Assembly (NCBI GenBank): GCA_964514975.1
Contig: CAZESS010000007.1
Coordinates: forward strand, 1 to 64,000
Origin: an uncultured Thermoplasmatales archaeon
GTDB lineage: Archaea; Thermoplasmatota; E2; UBA202; DSCA01
DNA: 64,000 bases
Direction: 5' to 3'
Shown here: piece by piece, positions 9,042 to 18,876 of the stretch
Numbering within the stretch: position 1 is the first letter of the stretch
How the letters are laid out: every line of letters begins with the position of its first letter
Notes under the pieces: model-generated
Told to the model about the DNA's origin: nothing
Database searches by the model: none
Seen by the model: only the letters and a program-made list of their open reading frames with translations
Position numbers and translations under genes: made by a program

Positions 9042-11114
9042 TTAATCGGTATGTTTTTCGATTATCTCTCGTATTGCCTCTATGTCAAGGTCTGATTCGT
9101 ATTTGCCAAGGGAGTAGTCAGTCCTGTAGAGTTGGTAGGCAAATTTTATGGCTGTTTTTTTATCTCTTTGTTTTACGAAATGAAGATAATTTTTTATGAC
9201 ATCTTCACGGAGGCGTTGTTCGATATTTGTTTGTTTTTTATGCTTTCTAACATCTTTTTGGGAGAGATGTTTGATGTTGATAAAATTTTGATTGATGTCT
9301 TTGAGAAAATCGCAATAATCTCTGTGATCACATGTTATTATCAGTTCGTTCATGGCACGGGTCATAGCAACGTATAACAACTTTTTTTGCTGGGTAACAT
9401 ATATGTCTCTTTCTTCTTCGTCAATATTTTTTAACCCAGAGAGAAAAAACTTGTTGTCTGCTCCTAAAATGTATACCAATGGAAACTCTAGGCCTTTAGA
9501 GGACTGCAGCGTAATACATTTCACCGTATTTGCGTTGACGTCCACTGAATCCTTGTAAAAAGACGCATTGATACCTCTTTCTTCTAATTTTTCTGCTACT
9601 TTTTTAGCATAATAGGTCCGAGGGCTCAGTACGCCAATATTTTTTCTAAGGCAGGATGCCGTATCAATTCGGTAGCTTATGTCATCTACAATCCATTCTA
9701 TCTGGTCTTGAAATGATCCATCAAATTTTAGCAGTACCGGCTTTAACCCTGTTTTTACAGAACATTCTGGGTCTAATATGTTATCCATATCTGCAATATC
9801 TGGATTTTTATCCACAAAACTTTGAGCTGCCTGCAAAATCTGTTTGGTATTGCGATGATTTTTTGATAATACGTATACATTTTTTGAGCCAATGGTTACC
9901 CCGATGTCAGCCCAGCTGAAGCCACTTTGATAAATACTCTGTGCAGCATCTGCCACTATAAACAATCGGTTTGGATCTTCCACTAACTGCATTGCTATAG
10001 AAAAAGCAATTTTATACAAATCTTGAGCCTCATCGATAATAACATAGTCATATTTTCTGCATTTGGACGTTCTCAGTGTCTCCAATGTTTTTACCAGAAT
10101 ATCAATATAATCATCTCTCCAATTTTTCAGTCTTTCGTATTCTTCGTATACTTTCCAGACAATTTTTCGTGCTTGTTGGCCGAGAGAGGTCCCACAGCCA
10201 ATCCTATCGACATCCATATATTGATCAAACTGAGCTTCGGCTCTCCCCTTAATGATTTCATCAATCTCCTTCCGCCAAAAGCTAAAATTTCTACTGAATA
10301 ATCTGCTTCGCTCATCTTGTTGCACATTTTTAACAGCTTGCTTCAATAAATCATTTAATTTTTCTTGCCATTTATGGTACTTCGGAGGTTTCACTTTCTT
10401 GTTATGTCTCTTCAGATACTTTGTGCACCATCGATGCAACGTTGAAATCTCTACGCCTTTTGGAATACCGCCCGATAACTCGCTGATTAAAGTTTCTGCA
10501 GCTTCCATTAAGCTATGGTTGTATGTAAGATAGAGAATTCTGTTGGAGTCATTGGCAAAATTTCTCATCCTATAAATTGCAATGGTTGTTTTTCCAGATC
10601 CTACCACTCCTTTCACCAAGATGGGGCTTTTATCCGTTTGTTTTCTCATGAGTTCTTTTTGTTCATCTTCCAGCCTCAGCAAAAGCTGGACAATGTCTCT
10701 GCGATAGAATCGACTGAGATGTGTTTCATCCTCAGCTTCATAGTAGACTGGTGACTGCCGTTTTTTTGAGGCATGCTGCACTAGCCATTGATCAAGTTTT
10801 AATCTCGTTTCAATACTTATCGGTAAATTTTTTAGATCTGCTACATCGGTCGCTGCTCTAACATGATCAAAATATCGTTCGGGAATACCCATTTGACGAA
10901 GAGCATCATCTTCAAGCAAAGTGAAAGGGGCTCCATCAATCCCTTCTAATGCCAGCGTTTCTCCTTCTTTCTCAAATATAATTTGCTTATCGGTCTCAAT
11001 AGTTACGGCTTCTTCCCCCTCACCTATCACTTCTGTGAGTGATGCTGATAACTTTTCTTTATCTGGATAATTTTGCAGTTGCTGAGCACAGCTTTCTTTG
11101 ACATAGATTTCCAT
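9042..11114 (-). CDS. UvrD-like SF1A helicase
   Basis: GVVGSGKT, IIDEAQD, QSIY, NHRN, SKGLEF and LLYVAMTRA motifs. Confidence 0.92.
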   Translation of the reverse strand: MEIYVKESCAQQLQNYPDKEKLSASLTEVIGEGEEAVTIETDKQIIFEKEGETLALEGIDGAPFTLLEDDALRQMGIPERYFDHVRAATDVADLKNLPISIETRLKLDQWLVQHASKKRQSPVYYEAEDETHLSRFYRRDIVQLLLRLEDEQKELMRKQTDKSPILVKGVVGSGKTTIAIYRMRNFANDSNRILYLTYNHSLMEAAETLISELSGGIPKGVEISTLHRWCTKYLKRHNKKVKPPKYHKWQEKLNDLLKQAVKNVQQDERSRLFSRNFSFWRKEIDEIIKGRAEAQFDQYMDVDRIGCGTSLGQQARKIVWKVYEEYERLKNWRDDYIDILVKTLETLRTSKCRKYDYVIIDEAQDLYKIAFSIAMQLVEDPNRLFIVADAAQSIYQSGFSWADIGVTIGSKNVYVLSKNHRNTKQILQAAQSFVDKNPDIADMDNILDPECSVKTGLKPVLLKFDGSFQDQIEWIVDDISYRIDTASCLRKNIGVLSPRTYYAKKVAEKLEERGINASFYKDSVDVNANTVKCITLQSSKGLEFPLVYILGADNKFFLSGLKNIDEEERDIYVTQQKKLLYVAMTRAMNELIITCDHRDYCDFLKDINQNFINIKHLSQKDVRKHKKQTNIEQRLREDVIKNYLHFVKQRDKKTAIKFAYQLYRTDYSLGKYESDLDIEAIREIIEKHTD

Positions 11115-11118
11115 TTTA

Positions 11119-13338
11119 TCACATAATAATTTGTTCCATTTCTTGTCCTCTTTTCAGGGCCTCTATCTCATTTATAGGGACAGTAATAGTTACATTTCCA
11201 CTAGATATCTGTTTATTTATTCGTACTCTGTGTCCTTCAACTTTGTCAATTGGATATATCTCTCCTCGCCATTGGACAAACAAATAATCTTTCGCCATTT
11301 CACGCACAGTTGATAATTCATACATCCTTTTAGTAGCCGGCCACTCAGATCCAATAGATGCAAAGATGAGGTCAAGTTGATCTAAATCTGTTAATTTGAT
11401 AGCTTGCCCCCATCTGTCAGCGATGCCAAGCATTTTGGTGACAAGTCCACCTGGCAGATGTTTGCGAAACGTATCAGCATGCGCTATTATCATCAATCTT
11501 TTTTTTGCCCGCGATAACGCAACATTAAGAAGCATCGGAAGCGCACGATGTTTTTTTTCATTGAGAAAATGGGGGGGAACGGGTGGCGCGTCACAGAGAT
11601 CCAAAATTATAACGTCTCGTTCTTGGCCCTGAAATGAGTGGATAGTATTAACAGCAACATCTAGATTAGCCACGTTTTCTTTACTTTTTTCAAGATTTTC
11701 AAGAACTTGTTTTATAATCCGACGTTGCCCTCTATATGGCGTTAAAATCCCAACAGTCGTATCTGCTTGAATACGTCCCACTATATAGGAGATTATTTGG
11801 GCATGTTTTATGTTCATTCTCGTTTCTTCCTTTGTCTCATTCCGTGCATCAAATCCACTGGTATCGATTAAAAATACGGCACCATCTGAGGGCGACATTG
11901 GCTGTTTTCTTGAAGATATGGGAATGTTTTTTAATATCTTGTTAGCGGCTGTATTTAGTTTCCCCCAGTAGAATAGCTGATTCACTATGGTGCATATGTC
12001 TGGATGCATTCTATATTGGGTTTGCAATATTGGCCGCTTCGGATATTCCTGCATCGCGTTATCTAATTTTGCGTACTCGAAAATATTTGTACCAAGCTGG
12101 GTTTCAACCCATGGCATATCAGACTGGACAATCGGAGGTAACTGATTAAAATCACCCACTAAGATAAGTGATCGATCAGTTTTCCCAGCTGCATTAATGA
12201 CTTGGGGAACAGATGCACAACTCACTTCGTCGATGATTAAAACATCGATATTTTCTAGGTAGGCATCCAGCTGACTATCTGAATATAATTTCGTTAGCGT
12301 GGTTCCTATAACTGCTGCTTCTTCAACGGCCTGATACACAATCGTTTGTAATTCAGCGTTAATTTTTTTACCTTTAGTTATTTTATCTTCAGAGATATCT
12401 GACTGATGAGCTTTAGACATAATATATCTCAGAAGCATTCTGGTGTTCATGTCTTTTTTATGTTTCATTTCCTTTTCTTCCATTACTTCAGATCCCAAAT
12501 CTAACACGGCTTTCCTAAGGTCTAGGTGTTCACGCTGTACAATTCTTTCAACAGCTTCATCAACTCCTGGCACCTTGTCATTAATTTCTGTAGAGAAATG
12601 ACCATATCGAAGGAGCTTATGCCGCTGATTGAACTTTATAGAACATGCTAATACACTGTTAAGCGCGGTGTCGACAGCTACATTGGTATGGCTTGTTAAT
12701 AAAACCCTTTTCCCACGTTGTACAAACTCATGGGTAAGAACACCTAAGGCAGTTGTTTTTCCTGTCCCCGGCGGCCCCCAGATATATAGTATATCGCTTC
12801 CAAGAGCTTTTTCTAAGGCCTTTAATTGAAACTTGTTTAAATCATATCGATGCTTCACTTTCTTTCTTCCAACATCACCATTGTTATGTAGTAGTTTTTT
12901 GATAAGATCGATGTTATAGTCTTCAGGGTTATCTTTGATAGATGTCAAGGCTTGGGAAAGTTTTTCCAACAAATATGTTAGATCAAAGATTAATCGTCCT
13001 CCTGCCAGGTCATCTCCAATGAATTCATCAAAATGTATATGTAGAATGTCCTCGTCTTTGTTACAGAATTCGATCTGGCCGAAGATGAATGGGATACCAT
13101 GTTCCTCATTTGAATAACTGACACTGGTATCTATAGGAATTTTTTTGTATAGTGTTCCAACGGCAAACTGGTACAAAAAACCGTCACCACTTTGGTCTAT
13201 GAGAGTAGCAGAGACAACAGGAAGGGGTTCGCCGATGCCTTTCCGATGCATATCACTTCGAATCCAATTTATTTCCCCAAATATCGCTTGTTGTAAGTCG
13301 TTAAACAATTGGATCTCGTCTTGTGACCACATCGACAT
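11119..13338 (-). CDS. Upf1/Dna2-like SF1B helicase
   Basis: WGPPGTGKT, IIDE, VGDFNQLPP, QYRMHP, TPYRGQ, TIHSFQG and NVALSRAK motifs. Confidence 0.92.
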   Translation of the reverse strand: MSMWSQDEIQLFNDLQQAIFGEINWIRSDMHRKGIGEPLPVVSATLIDQSGDGFLYQFAVGTLYKKIPIDTSVSYSNEEHGIPFIFGQIEFCNKDEDILHIHFDEFIGDDLAGGRLIFDLTYLLEKLSQALTSIKDNPEDYNIDLIKKLLHNNGDVGRKKVKHRYDLNKFQLKALEKALGSDILYIWGPPGTGKTTALGVLTHEFVQRGKRVLLTSHTNVAVDTALNSVLACSIKFNQRHKLLRYGHFSTEINDKVPGVDEAVERIVQREHLDLRKAVLDLGSEVMEEKEMKHKKDMNTRMLLRYIMSKAHQSDISEDKITKGKKINAELQTIVYQAVEEAAVIGTTLTKLYSDSQLDAYLENIDVLIIDEVSCASVPQVINAAGKTDRSLILVGDFNQLPPIVQSDMPWVETQLGTNIFEYAKLDNAMQEYPKRPILQTQYRMHPDICTIVNQLFYWGKLNTAANKILKNIPISSRKQPMSPSDGAVFLIDTSGFDARNETKEETRMNIKHAQIISYIVGRIQADTTVGILTPYRGQRRIIKQVLENLEKSKENVANLDVAVNTIHSFQGQERDVIILDLCDAPPVPPHFLNEKKHRALPMLLNVALSRAKKRLMIIAHADTFRKHLPGGLVTKMLGIADRWGQAIKLTDLDQLDLIFASIGSEWPATKRMYELSTVREMAKDYLFVQWRGEIYPIDKVEGHRVRINKQISSGNVTITVPINEIEALKRGQEMEQIIM

Positions 13339-13428
13339 ATCACAAATAAGAATATATTTATAAATGTTTTATCCAGTTAAAAAATTTGTGTGAATGAAAT
13401 TTAATGGGCTAACAAAAATTGGATGATA

Positions 13429-14978
13429 GGTAGATACAGATTAGCCGTCTTCATATAAAAGGCTGAGTGTTTTTGAGGGAGGCCGTCGCTCAAAAAATTC
13501 CGTAAAAAAGAAGAGAATCCCATCCGCTTTGGAGAGTGGGAATCGAAATGGGATGGGATGAGTTACAAATAGACACGCTCATAAAAACCTGTCGAAAAAA
13601 GCTGGACGAGGAGCTCAGTGATGACGGACCACAGTTCCCATTGTTCGAAAACCCGACGGAGCAACATCCGGTGGAGACCTCGGAGTTCCTATCGCATCTC
13701 CACCTAAATTTCCTGAACCGGATACCCCGTGAGCTGTTCCCCCGGCTGGAACAGATCAAGCCAGGGGTCCACGCCCGAGTACGGCTGGTGCTCTTCATGA
13801 AGCTCCAGGGCATCCAGTACATAACCGAGGCCTACCGGATCCTGCAGACCAGGCCCATCGTTGCTGAGAACCTCGGGTTTAATCCCACCCATCTGCCGTC
13901 CTATGAGACCATACGGCACTTCATCAACGATCTGCTGGCGGACATGATCGATGACATATTCTACCGTGTGGTACGGGAGATAGACCGGTATCTGTCGAAG
14001 CAGGGGGAATCGCTTGCGAAAGCCCGGGAAGATGCCACCGTGATCACCGCCCGGCGTGGCGATGCCACCGCATCGTACAGCGGCTATTACAAGACCTGGG
14101 GATGGAAAAAGGACCTGATGGTATCCGAGCAGGGCATCTTCCTCTCCTACAGAGACATGGCGATAACCGACGACGAAGGACAAGCACTCCCCTCTCATCT
14201 CGGGACACTGCAGGACCATGGCATCCGACTGGACAGCCTCATCGTGGACGGCGGATATCCCAGCTACCGGAACATCGCCATCGCCCACTGCGGATATGGA
14301 ACGACGCTGCTGTACAAGCCCCAGCAACACTAAACCTACAACGAGACGGGCAGCCCCACGGCCATACGGGAACGGTACAGCCGATACTGGCGAGACAAAA
14401 GGCATCGGCCAAACGTGGACAGCGAGTACATGCTGCAGTTTCTGTACACGAAACGGGAATATGAACGGGTCGGCGCCTGGTTCCGCAACCATCAGGTCCA
14501 CCGCTATCAGGCGAATGAGCAACTCCGAGATGAGATCGCTCAGGGGCGAAACCAGAGCGAGGGCTTCAACTCCTACCTGAAGCAACATGTGGGCTTTGAA
14601 TGCATGCTCCCCTGGAAAGGAGCGGAGCACGCGTTCTTGCACACCACGCTGTGCCTGCTATCGGTGAACCTGGTGGCGTTGACCCGGCTGCAGAACGGCG
14701 TAACGGACAACCTGACCAGCGTCGCCTATCTGACATAAATTGAGCGTGTCACCGCAAAAATGGAAAAGCATCGACGCCATTCATTCAGTGTGGGATAGCA
14801 TCACATCACGGGATATACACCCAATTTTTACCTGCTTTTTACCCGCGGCTGAACTGCGCAGGTAATTGTTGGCTGCAAACAGCCAAAAAATCGATGCGTC
14901 TGCCGCCCTCTTGTTGCATCCCGCCTGCTACATGACAAAAAAATACAGACGAAAAACCGGCAAATCTGTAACCACCCC
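13429..14978 (+). mobile_element. Insertion sequence (DDE, IS4/IS5-like), inactivated
   Basis: Imperfect terminal IRs GGTAGATACAGATTAGCCG / GGTGGTTACAGATTTGCCG (16/19). Direct repeat ATGATAGGT at 13423 and 14979. GC-richer than its flanks. Exact ends uncertain by a few bp. Confidence 0.8.
13548..14738 (+). pseudogene. DDE transposase interrupted by an in-frame TAA at 14331-14333
   Basis: ORFs 13536..14333 and 14415..14738 share one frame; EDAT, VDGGY and RNQSEGFNSYLK give the D-D-E pattern. Confidence 0.85.
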
Positions 14979-15078
14979 ATGATAGGTTAATTTTTTGAAC
15001 GTAAATATATTTATATCAAATTCAGTTTGTACATTTGATTCGTGAGATGCAAATTGGGCTAATTAACGGGTGAACCTA

Positions 15079-15927
15079 ATGGGAACTAATAATGAGACTT
15101 CGAAAAGCTTATCAGATAAATACGAATCCGCAATAAAAAACCAAAAATTTCTTCCCTTCATTAAAGCCTTAAAAGAAAGTGTGGACGCATATTCTGGCGT
15201 TCATGCAGATATTCTTTCTTACTCGCCAGATTTTTTCGCTATGATTGTTTCATTGTACAAAAAAAATCTAGCTTCCCCCTACAAATATATGATCAACTCC
15301 ACAATTTCATATTTTGTCTTACCAGATGATATATTGCCTGAAGAAGAACTGGGAGTATTAGGATATTTGGAGGATCTTTACCTCTGCGCCCATGTGATAG
15401 AAAAATTGTCCACGGAAACCCAAACAAGAGATATGGTAAAAGAGTTGTGGCAACGAGATGAAGATGTTTTCAAAGTTGCTAAAAAGATAATCGAGGAAAT
15501 AGAGGAAACTCCGAACCCATCTATTCAGGAAGCTATTCGCGAGGTGCTGACATTCAGCGGCATTAATGAGATTGAGAAACAAATAGAAAATCAAGTGCCA
15601 ACCAATGAGCGCCCCGATACAACCTCCACTACATCAAAGGAACGAGAGATACTTCGAAGTAACGAATTATTGCAGGACAGAATACCTGTCACAATTATGT
15701 TTCATTTGGCCAGTAAGGCCAAATATAATAATATGTTGAATAGCTACCTACGAAAAGCTCTTTACGATTTTGCCAGCAAAAAACATAAACAAATCGAGTT
15801 TTCTCAAAAACAAATCGATTTTTTAGAAAACATTCTACAACAGGCGATAGATGAGGGAATCGTTGAAGCTTCATGTGAAGACGACCCTTGCGATAAATGC
15901 ATCATACTTAAAGAATTGATAGGCTAA
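15079..15927 (+). CDS. YkvA/DUF1232-domain protein with C-terminal extension
   Basis: ISYFVLPDDILPE..LGVLGYLEDL resembles the DUF1232 motif; Cys-rich C-terminal tip. Confidence 0.7.
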   Translation: MGTNNETSKSLSDKYESAIKNQKFLPFIKALKESVDAYSGVHADILSYSPDFFAMIVSLYKKNLASPYKYMINSTISYFVLPDDILPEEELGVLGYLEDLYLCAHVIEKLSTETQTRDMVKELWQRDEDVFKVAKKIIEEIEETPNPSIQEAIREVLTFSGINEIEKQIENQVPTNERPDTTSTTSKEREILRSNELLQDRIPVTIMFHLASKAKYNNMLNSYLRKALYDFASKKHKQIEFSQKQIDFLENILQQAIDEGIVEASCEDDPCDKCIILKELIG

Positions 15928-16305
15928 TTTTAGAAGAGTGCCAACCTGAATATTTTATCACATACTATACGTCAGTAGTTTTATTTAATCCTCTTTGAAA
16001 GGAATATGACCATTAGCTCACACCTTTCATATATTAGGATAAAATTCTAACCATTTTGTTGTGCAAACGAAGCTAATTGAAGAAATTAAAAAAACGGAAG
16101 CCAATCTCAAAAATTTATAAACAATATTTAAGGCCTGCTTTTCTCGAAGAAAACCACTGTTTCAGTCCCTGAATATTTCTCCGAAAATATCTCCGATTAA
16201 ATCGCAGAAATAATCGCGTATTTGCCACACCTTGCCGGGCTTGGCAAAAAAGCACTACCTACAACGTGTGGGTCTTTTCCCGAGGGGCGGAATCGCCCCT
16301 ATTTT

Positions 16306-16833
16306 TTAAATTTTCTTTAAAATATCCTTAATCCTCGCTTCTACTTTATCCGTTAGTGTTTCTGCCGATTCAGCACAAATAATTTCAATTTCTCCCAACG
16401 ATGAATCGGTTGCCATTTCGCTGAGTCTTTCTGATATTTCTTTTGTTCTCTTGCATATACCAGAACCTTCTGGTTTTAAAATGCCAAGAATCACATGTGT
16501 CTGGTTTAACTTTAGAGGCTCATCAAAATCCATAATATGAGCTTCGTCTGCAAGAATAGCGGACATAAGATCTCCGATTATCAATTTTGGCCGAAATTTT
16601 GTTTCCTCTATCTCACAGAGAATCCTTATATTTTCGCCATCAAATATAGCTAAATCTGCCTCACCAAGATCATATTTTGTGTTATCTTTACTTTTAAAAT
16701 ATAATGTAATTTCCTTAACATTATCATCTTCTTTTGTATTGCCATGGTCAAAACATATTTCGAGGTTGGAATTGAAATCTTTAATGCAATCTCTCATTTT
16801 TTTACCTAGTATGACTGTATTTTCTCCACTCAT
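16306..16833 (-). CDS. Hypothetical protein, possible PD-(D/E)xK-fold nuclease
   Basis: ADLAIF...LCEIEE pattern. ATG at 16833 has TTTTAA about 25 bp upstream; the longer ORF runs through a hairpin element. Confidence 0.55.
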   Translation of the reverse strand: MSGENTVILGKKMRDCIKDFNSNLEICFDHGNTKEDDNVKEITLYFKSKDNTKYDLGEADLAIFDGENIRILCEIEETKFRPKLIIGDLMSAILADEAHIMDFDEPLKLNQTHVILGILKPEGSGICKRTKEISERLSEMATDSSLGEIEIICAESAETLTDKVEARIKDILKKI

Positions 16834-16902
16834 AAAAGAACATATGTATAATGCGTTAAAATTTCTTACTATCTCCGAAAGTAAAAAGAATCGCCTAAAA
16901 TC

Positions 16903-17043
16903 TGCTATCCCACGGAGCAAGCTCCGGGGCATTACGCAGATTTTCAAGACGGCGATTCCTCTTTCAACAGGCTTCCACTCATGCAATTGTGGTCGGCCAT
17001 TTATTTGCATAGCATCCCCACAGCAAGCTGCGGGGTATTCTAA
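16903..17043. mobile_element. Short non-autonomous element with two terminal hairpins (IS200/IS605-end-like or REP-like)
   Basis: ATCCCACGGAGCAAGCTCCGGGGCAT (16907) and ATCCCCACAGCAAGCTGCGGGGTAT (17014), both centred on GCAAGC. Confidence 0.6.
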
Positions 17044-17105
17044 TAAAATAAAATCTAGCACCCTTTCTATCGCGATTATTTTTTCTACCGCCCGTTAGAA
17101 CCGCC

Positions 17106-17179
17106 GTCTAACGCCGTCTCTCCGGGAGGGAAAGGCATTCTTATTAAGCCCGTCCTCGCGGGCTCTAGAGCCGTTAGAG
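17106..17179 (-). other. attC-like imperfect palindrome
   Basis: Minus strand reads CTCTAAC...GTTAGAC over 74 bp with internal complementary segments. Confidence 0.4.
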
Positions 17180-17228
17180 GCCCCTCTAGATTTATCGACC
17201 GAATATGGTAAGTATACACTTATTTCTT

Positions 17229-17492
17229 TCAGGAGATTCTTGGGTCGTGAAGAACCGCCCAGACATATGAGGGACCTCTAACATACTTATTGATAGCCCC
17301 TGGCCCCTCCTTAATAGGCATCATACCATAGGCCCACTCAAAATCAGCTTTCGATATGTTATAGTCGGTTCTACTAGGATGAAAGATATCTCCCTCTATC
17401 GAGTAAGTAAACCTTAATCCAGTCTTAGTATGGAAAATATCGCCCTCGTGCTCACGTATTTTCCTCCATATTTTTTCAAAATTTGTCATCAT
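17229..17492 (-). CDS. Small hypothetical protein
   Basis: 87-aa ORF co-oriented with, and 28 bp downstream of, the McrC-like gene. Confidence 0.75.
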   Translation of the reverse strand: MMTNFEKIWRKIREHEGDIFHTKTGLRFTYSIEGDIFHPSRTDYNISKADFEWAYGMMPIKEGPGAINKYVRGPSYVWAVLHDPRIS

Positions 17493-17520
17493 ATCTTAAC
17501 TAGAATATGAATAAATGTGT

Positions 17521-18876
17521 TTACGTCTCTTCAGTAGAATTTTTGAACAATAATCTTTCTTTTACTTTTACCTGATTATCTCCTAGGGGTATAACCGCGA
17601 TATTGTCAGAAACATGAGATTGTATCTCCATGGTATCAACGAATAGCCAGCCTTTGATTTTATCTGATACGAATATTCTATCGGGGTTTCGCTCAAAATA
17701 TCTATTATTTTGTCTGATCAACGCCATATATTCAAGAAGTTCTTTCAGACCTTGGGCAGCATAGTTTTTAGATCGAGTATATTTGACTTCGCCGATAAAG
17801 ACCTGGCAGAGTTTTTGGTTATCTTTCTCACATTTTTCAACAAGAATATCTGGTCTTCCCCCCCACAAGGTATCTGACTTTTCCATATCTAGCATTTTTT
17901 TACATTGTGTTTGCCAGTTTTGTATCACTTTTCCTTCTCGTTTGAGGTATCCATCTTTTTCGGGTAGTTCTATGTCTGCCCAGTGCTCATAGAAACTAAA
18001 TGTACCGGTGCTATCATGATAAATACGATAGAGAAATTCACTGTCTTCCCACTCCGCCACTATATTATGGTCTCCTTCTATCAAATGGAATCGGATTGAT
18101 TTATCATCCTCTGTCATAGCTCTGATGACCTGAAACGTCCAGTATAGCTCGAAGAGAACTTCTATTTTTTCAGGTTTGATAAACGTATTCTGTAACAGTT
18201 GTTCTGCCTCGTCTGGATTAATATCAAAGTTCATCAATTTTTGATAGTCTGAAAGTAATGCTGCCGCTGTCCGGTACAGCTGTGTCCTTGATTTCCTTGC
18301 ATTTGAGATCATGCGCTGTGTGACATCTTTGTGGCCTTGTTGGCGTATACGGCGGATGTAGATATTTTTCAAGTAGACTGATTTCACGATATCGGTGAGA
18401 TTTTCTGTGGTCCATTCCTTGAGCCATGGGTGGTCGTATTGTATGGCTGGTTTGAGGTCTTGAAACACGATGTTGTGTATTATGGAGAGCAATTCTTTCA
18501 GCACAATGTTTTCGGAGATGCCATAATTGCGTTCTCGTCTGTTTACTGAAAAAAGGGTGGGGTCTGCAAAGTTTTCGCTGCATCTTTGCTTAATCGTTTT
18601 TTGCCAGTCTATTTTTCCCCGTATTTTTCCATGTTGTCGCTCGTTCTCCTGGATAGTTGTAGTTTTAATTCGTCGGATCCACTGGGGAACGTGCTCTATA
18701 AATTCTATGACATCGTTTCTGAGGACGAAATGGATGCGGAGTAGTTTTTCCATGTCATCGATGTTTAGCTCTTCATCTATTTTTTTGGTGAATGAGGAAA
18801 TATTGCCATGTTTGAGGAAGGTAATCAGATAGCTGCCTACTTCGTCGAGTAAAAATTCGGCTGTTGTTTTAGTCAT
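17521..18876 (-). CDS. mcrC: McrC-like PD-(D/E)xK nuclease
   Basis: IRGKIDWQKT, ENIVLK and RPDILV...GEVKY; start overlaps the McrB stop. Confidence 0.8.
   Translation of the reverse strand: MTKTTAEFLLDEVGSYLITFLKHGNISSFTKKIDEELNIDDMEKLLRIHFVLRNDVIEFIEHVPQWIRRIKTTTIQENERQHGKIRGKIDWQKTIKQRCSENFADPTLFSVNRRERNYGISENIVLKELLSIIHNIVFQDLKPAIQYDHPWLKEWTTENLTDIVKSVYLKNIYIRRIRQQGHKDVTQRMISNARKSRTQLYRTAAALLSDYQKLMNFDINPDEAEQLLQNTFIKPEKIEVLFELYWTFQVIRAMTEDDKSIRFHLIEGDHNIVAEWEDSEFLYRIYHDSTGTFSFYEHWADIELPEKDGYLKREGKVIQNWQTQCKKMLDMEKSDTLWGGRPDILVEKCEKDNQKLCQVFIGEVKYTRSKNYAAQGLKELLEYMALIRQNNRYFERNPDRIFVSDKIKGWLFVDTMEIQSHVSDNIAVIPLGDNQVKVKERLLFKNSTEET

Noticed and set aside
14331-14333. Recoded stop (Sec/Pyl) in the transposase
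   Set aside because: The codon is TAA, not TGA or TAG; simple inactivation is more likely.
13704-14642. 312-aa antisense ORF in the IS
   Set aside because: Shadow of the transposase frame.
16834-17061. N-terminal extension of the 251-aa ORF
   Set aside because: Runs through the hairpin element; a better ATG with a TATA-like box exists at 16833.
16208-17081. 11-bp inverted match AAATAATCGCG / CGCGATTATTT around the 175-aa gene
   Set aside because: Too short, with no target duplication or transposase; may be chance.
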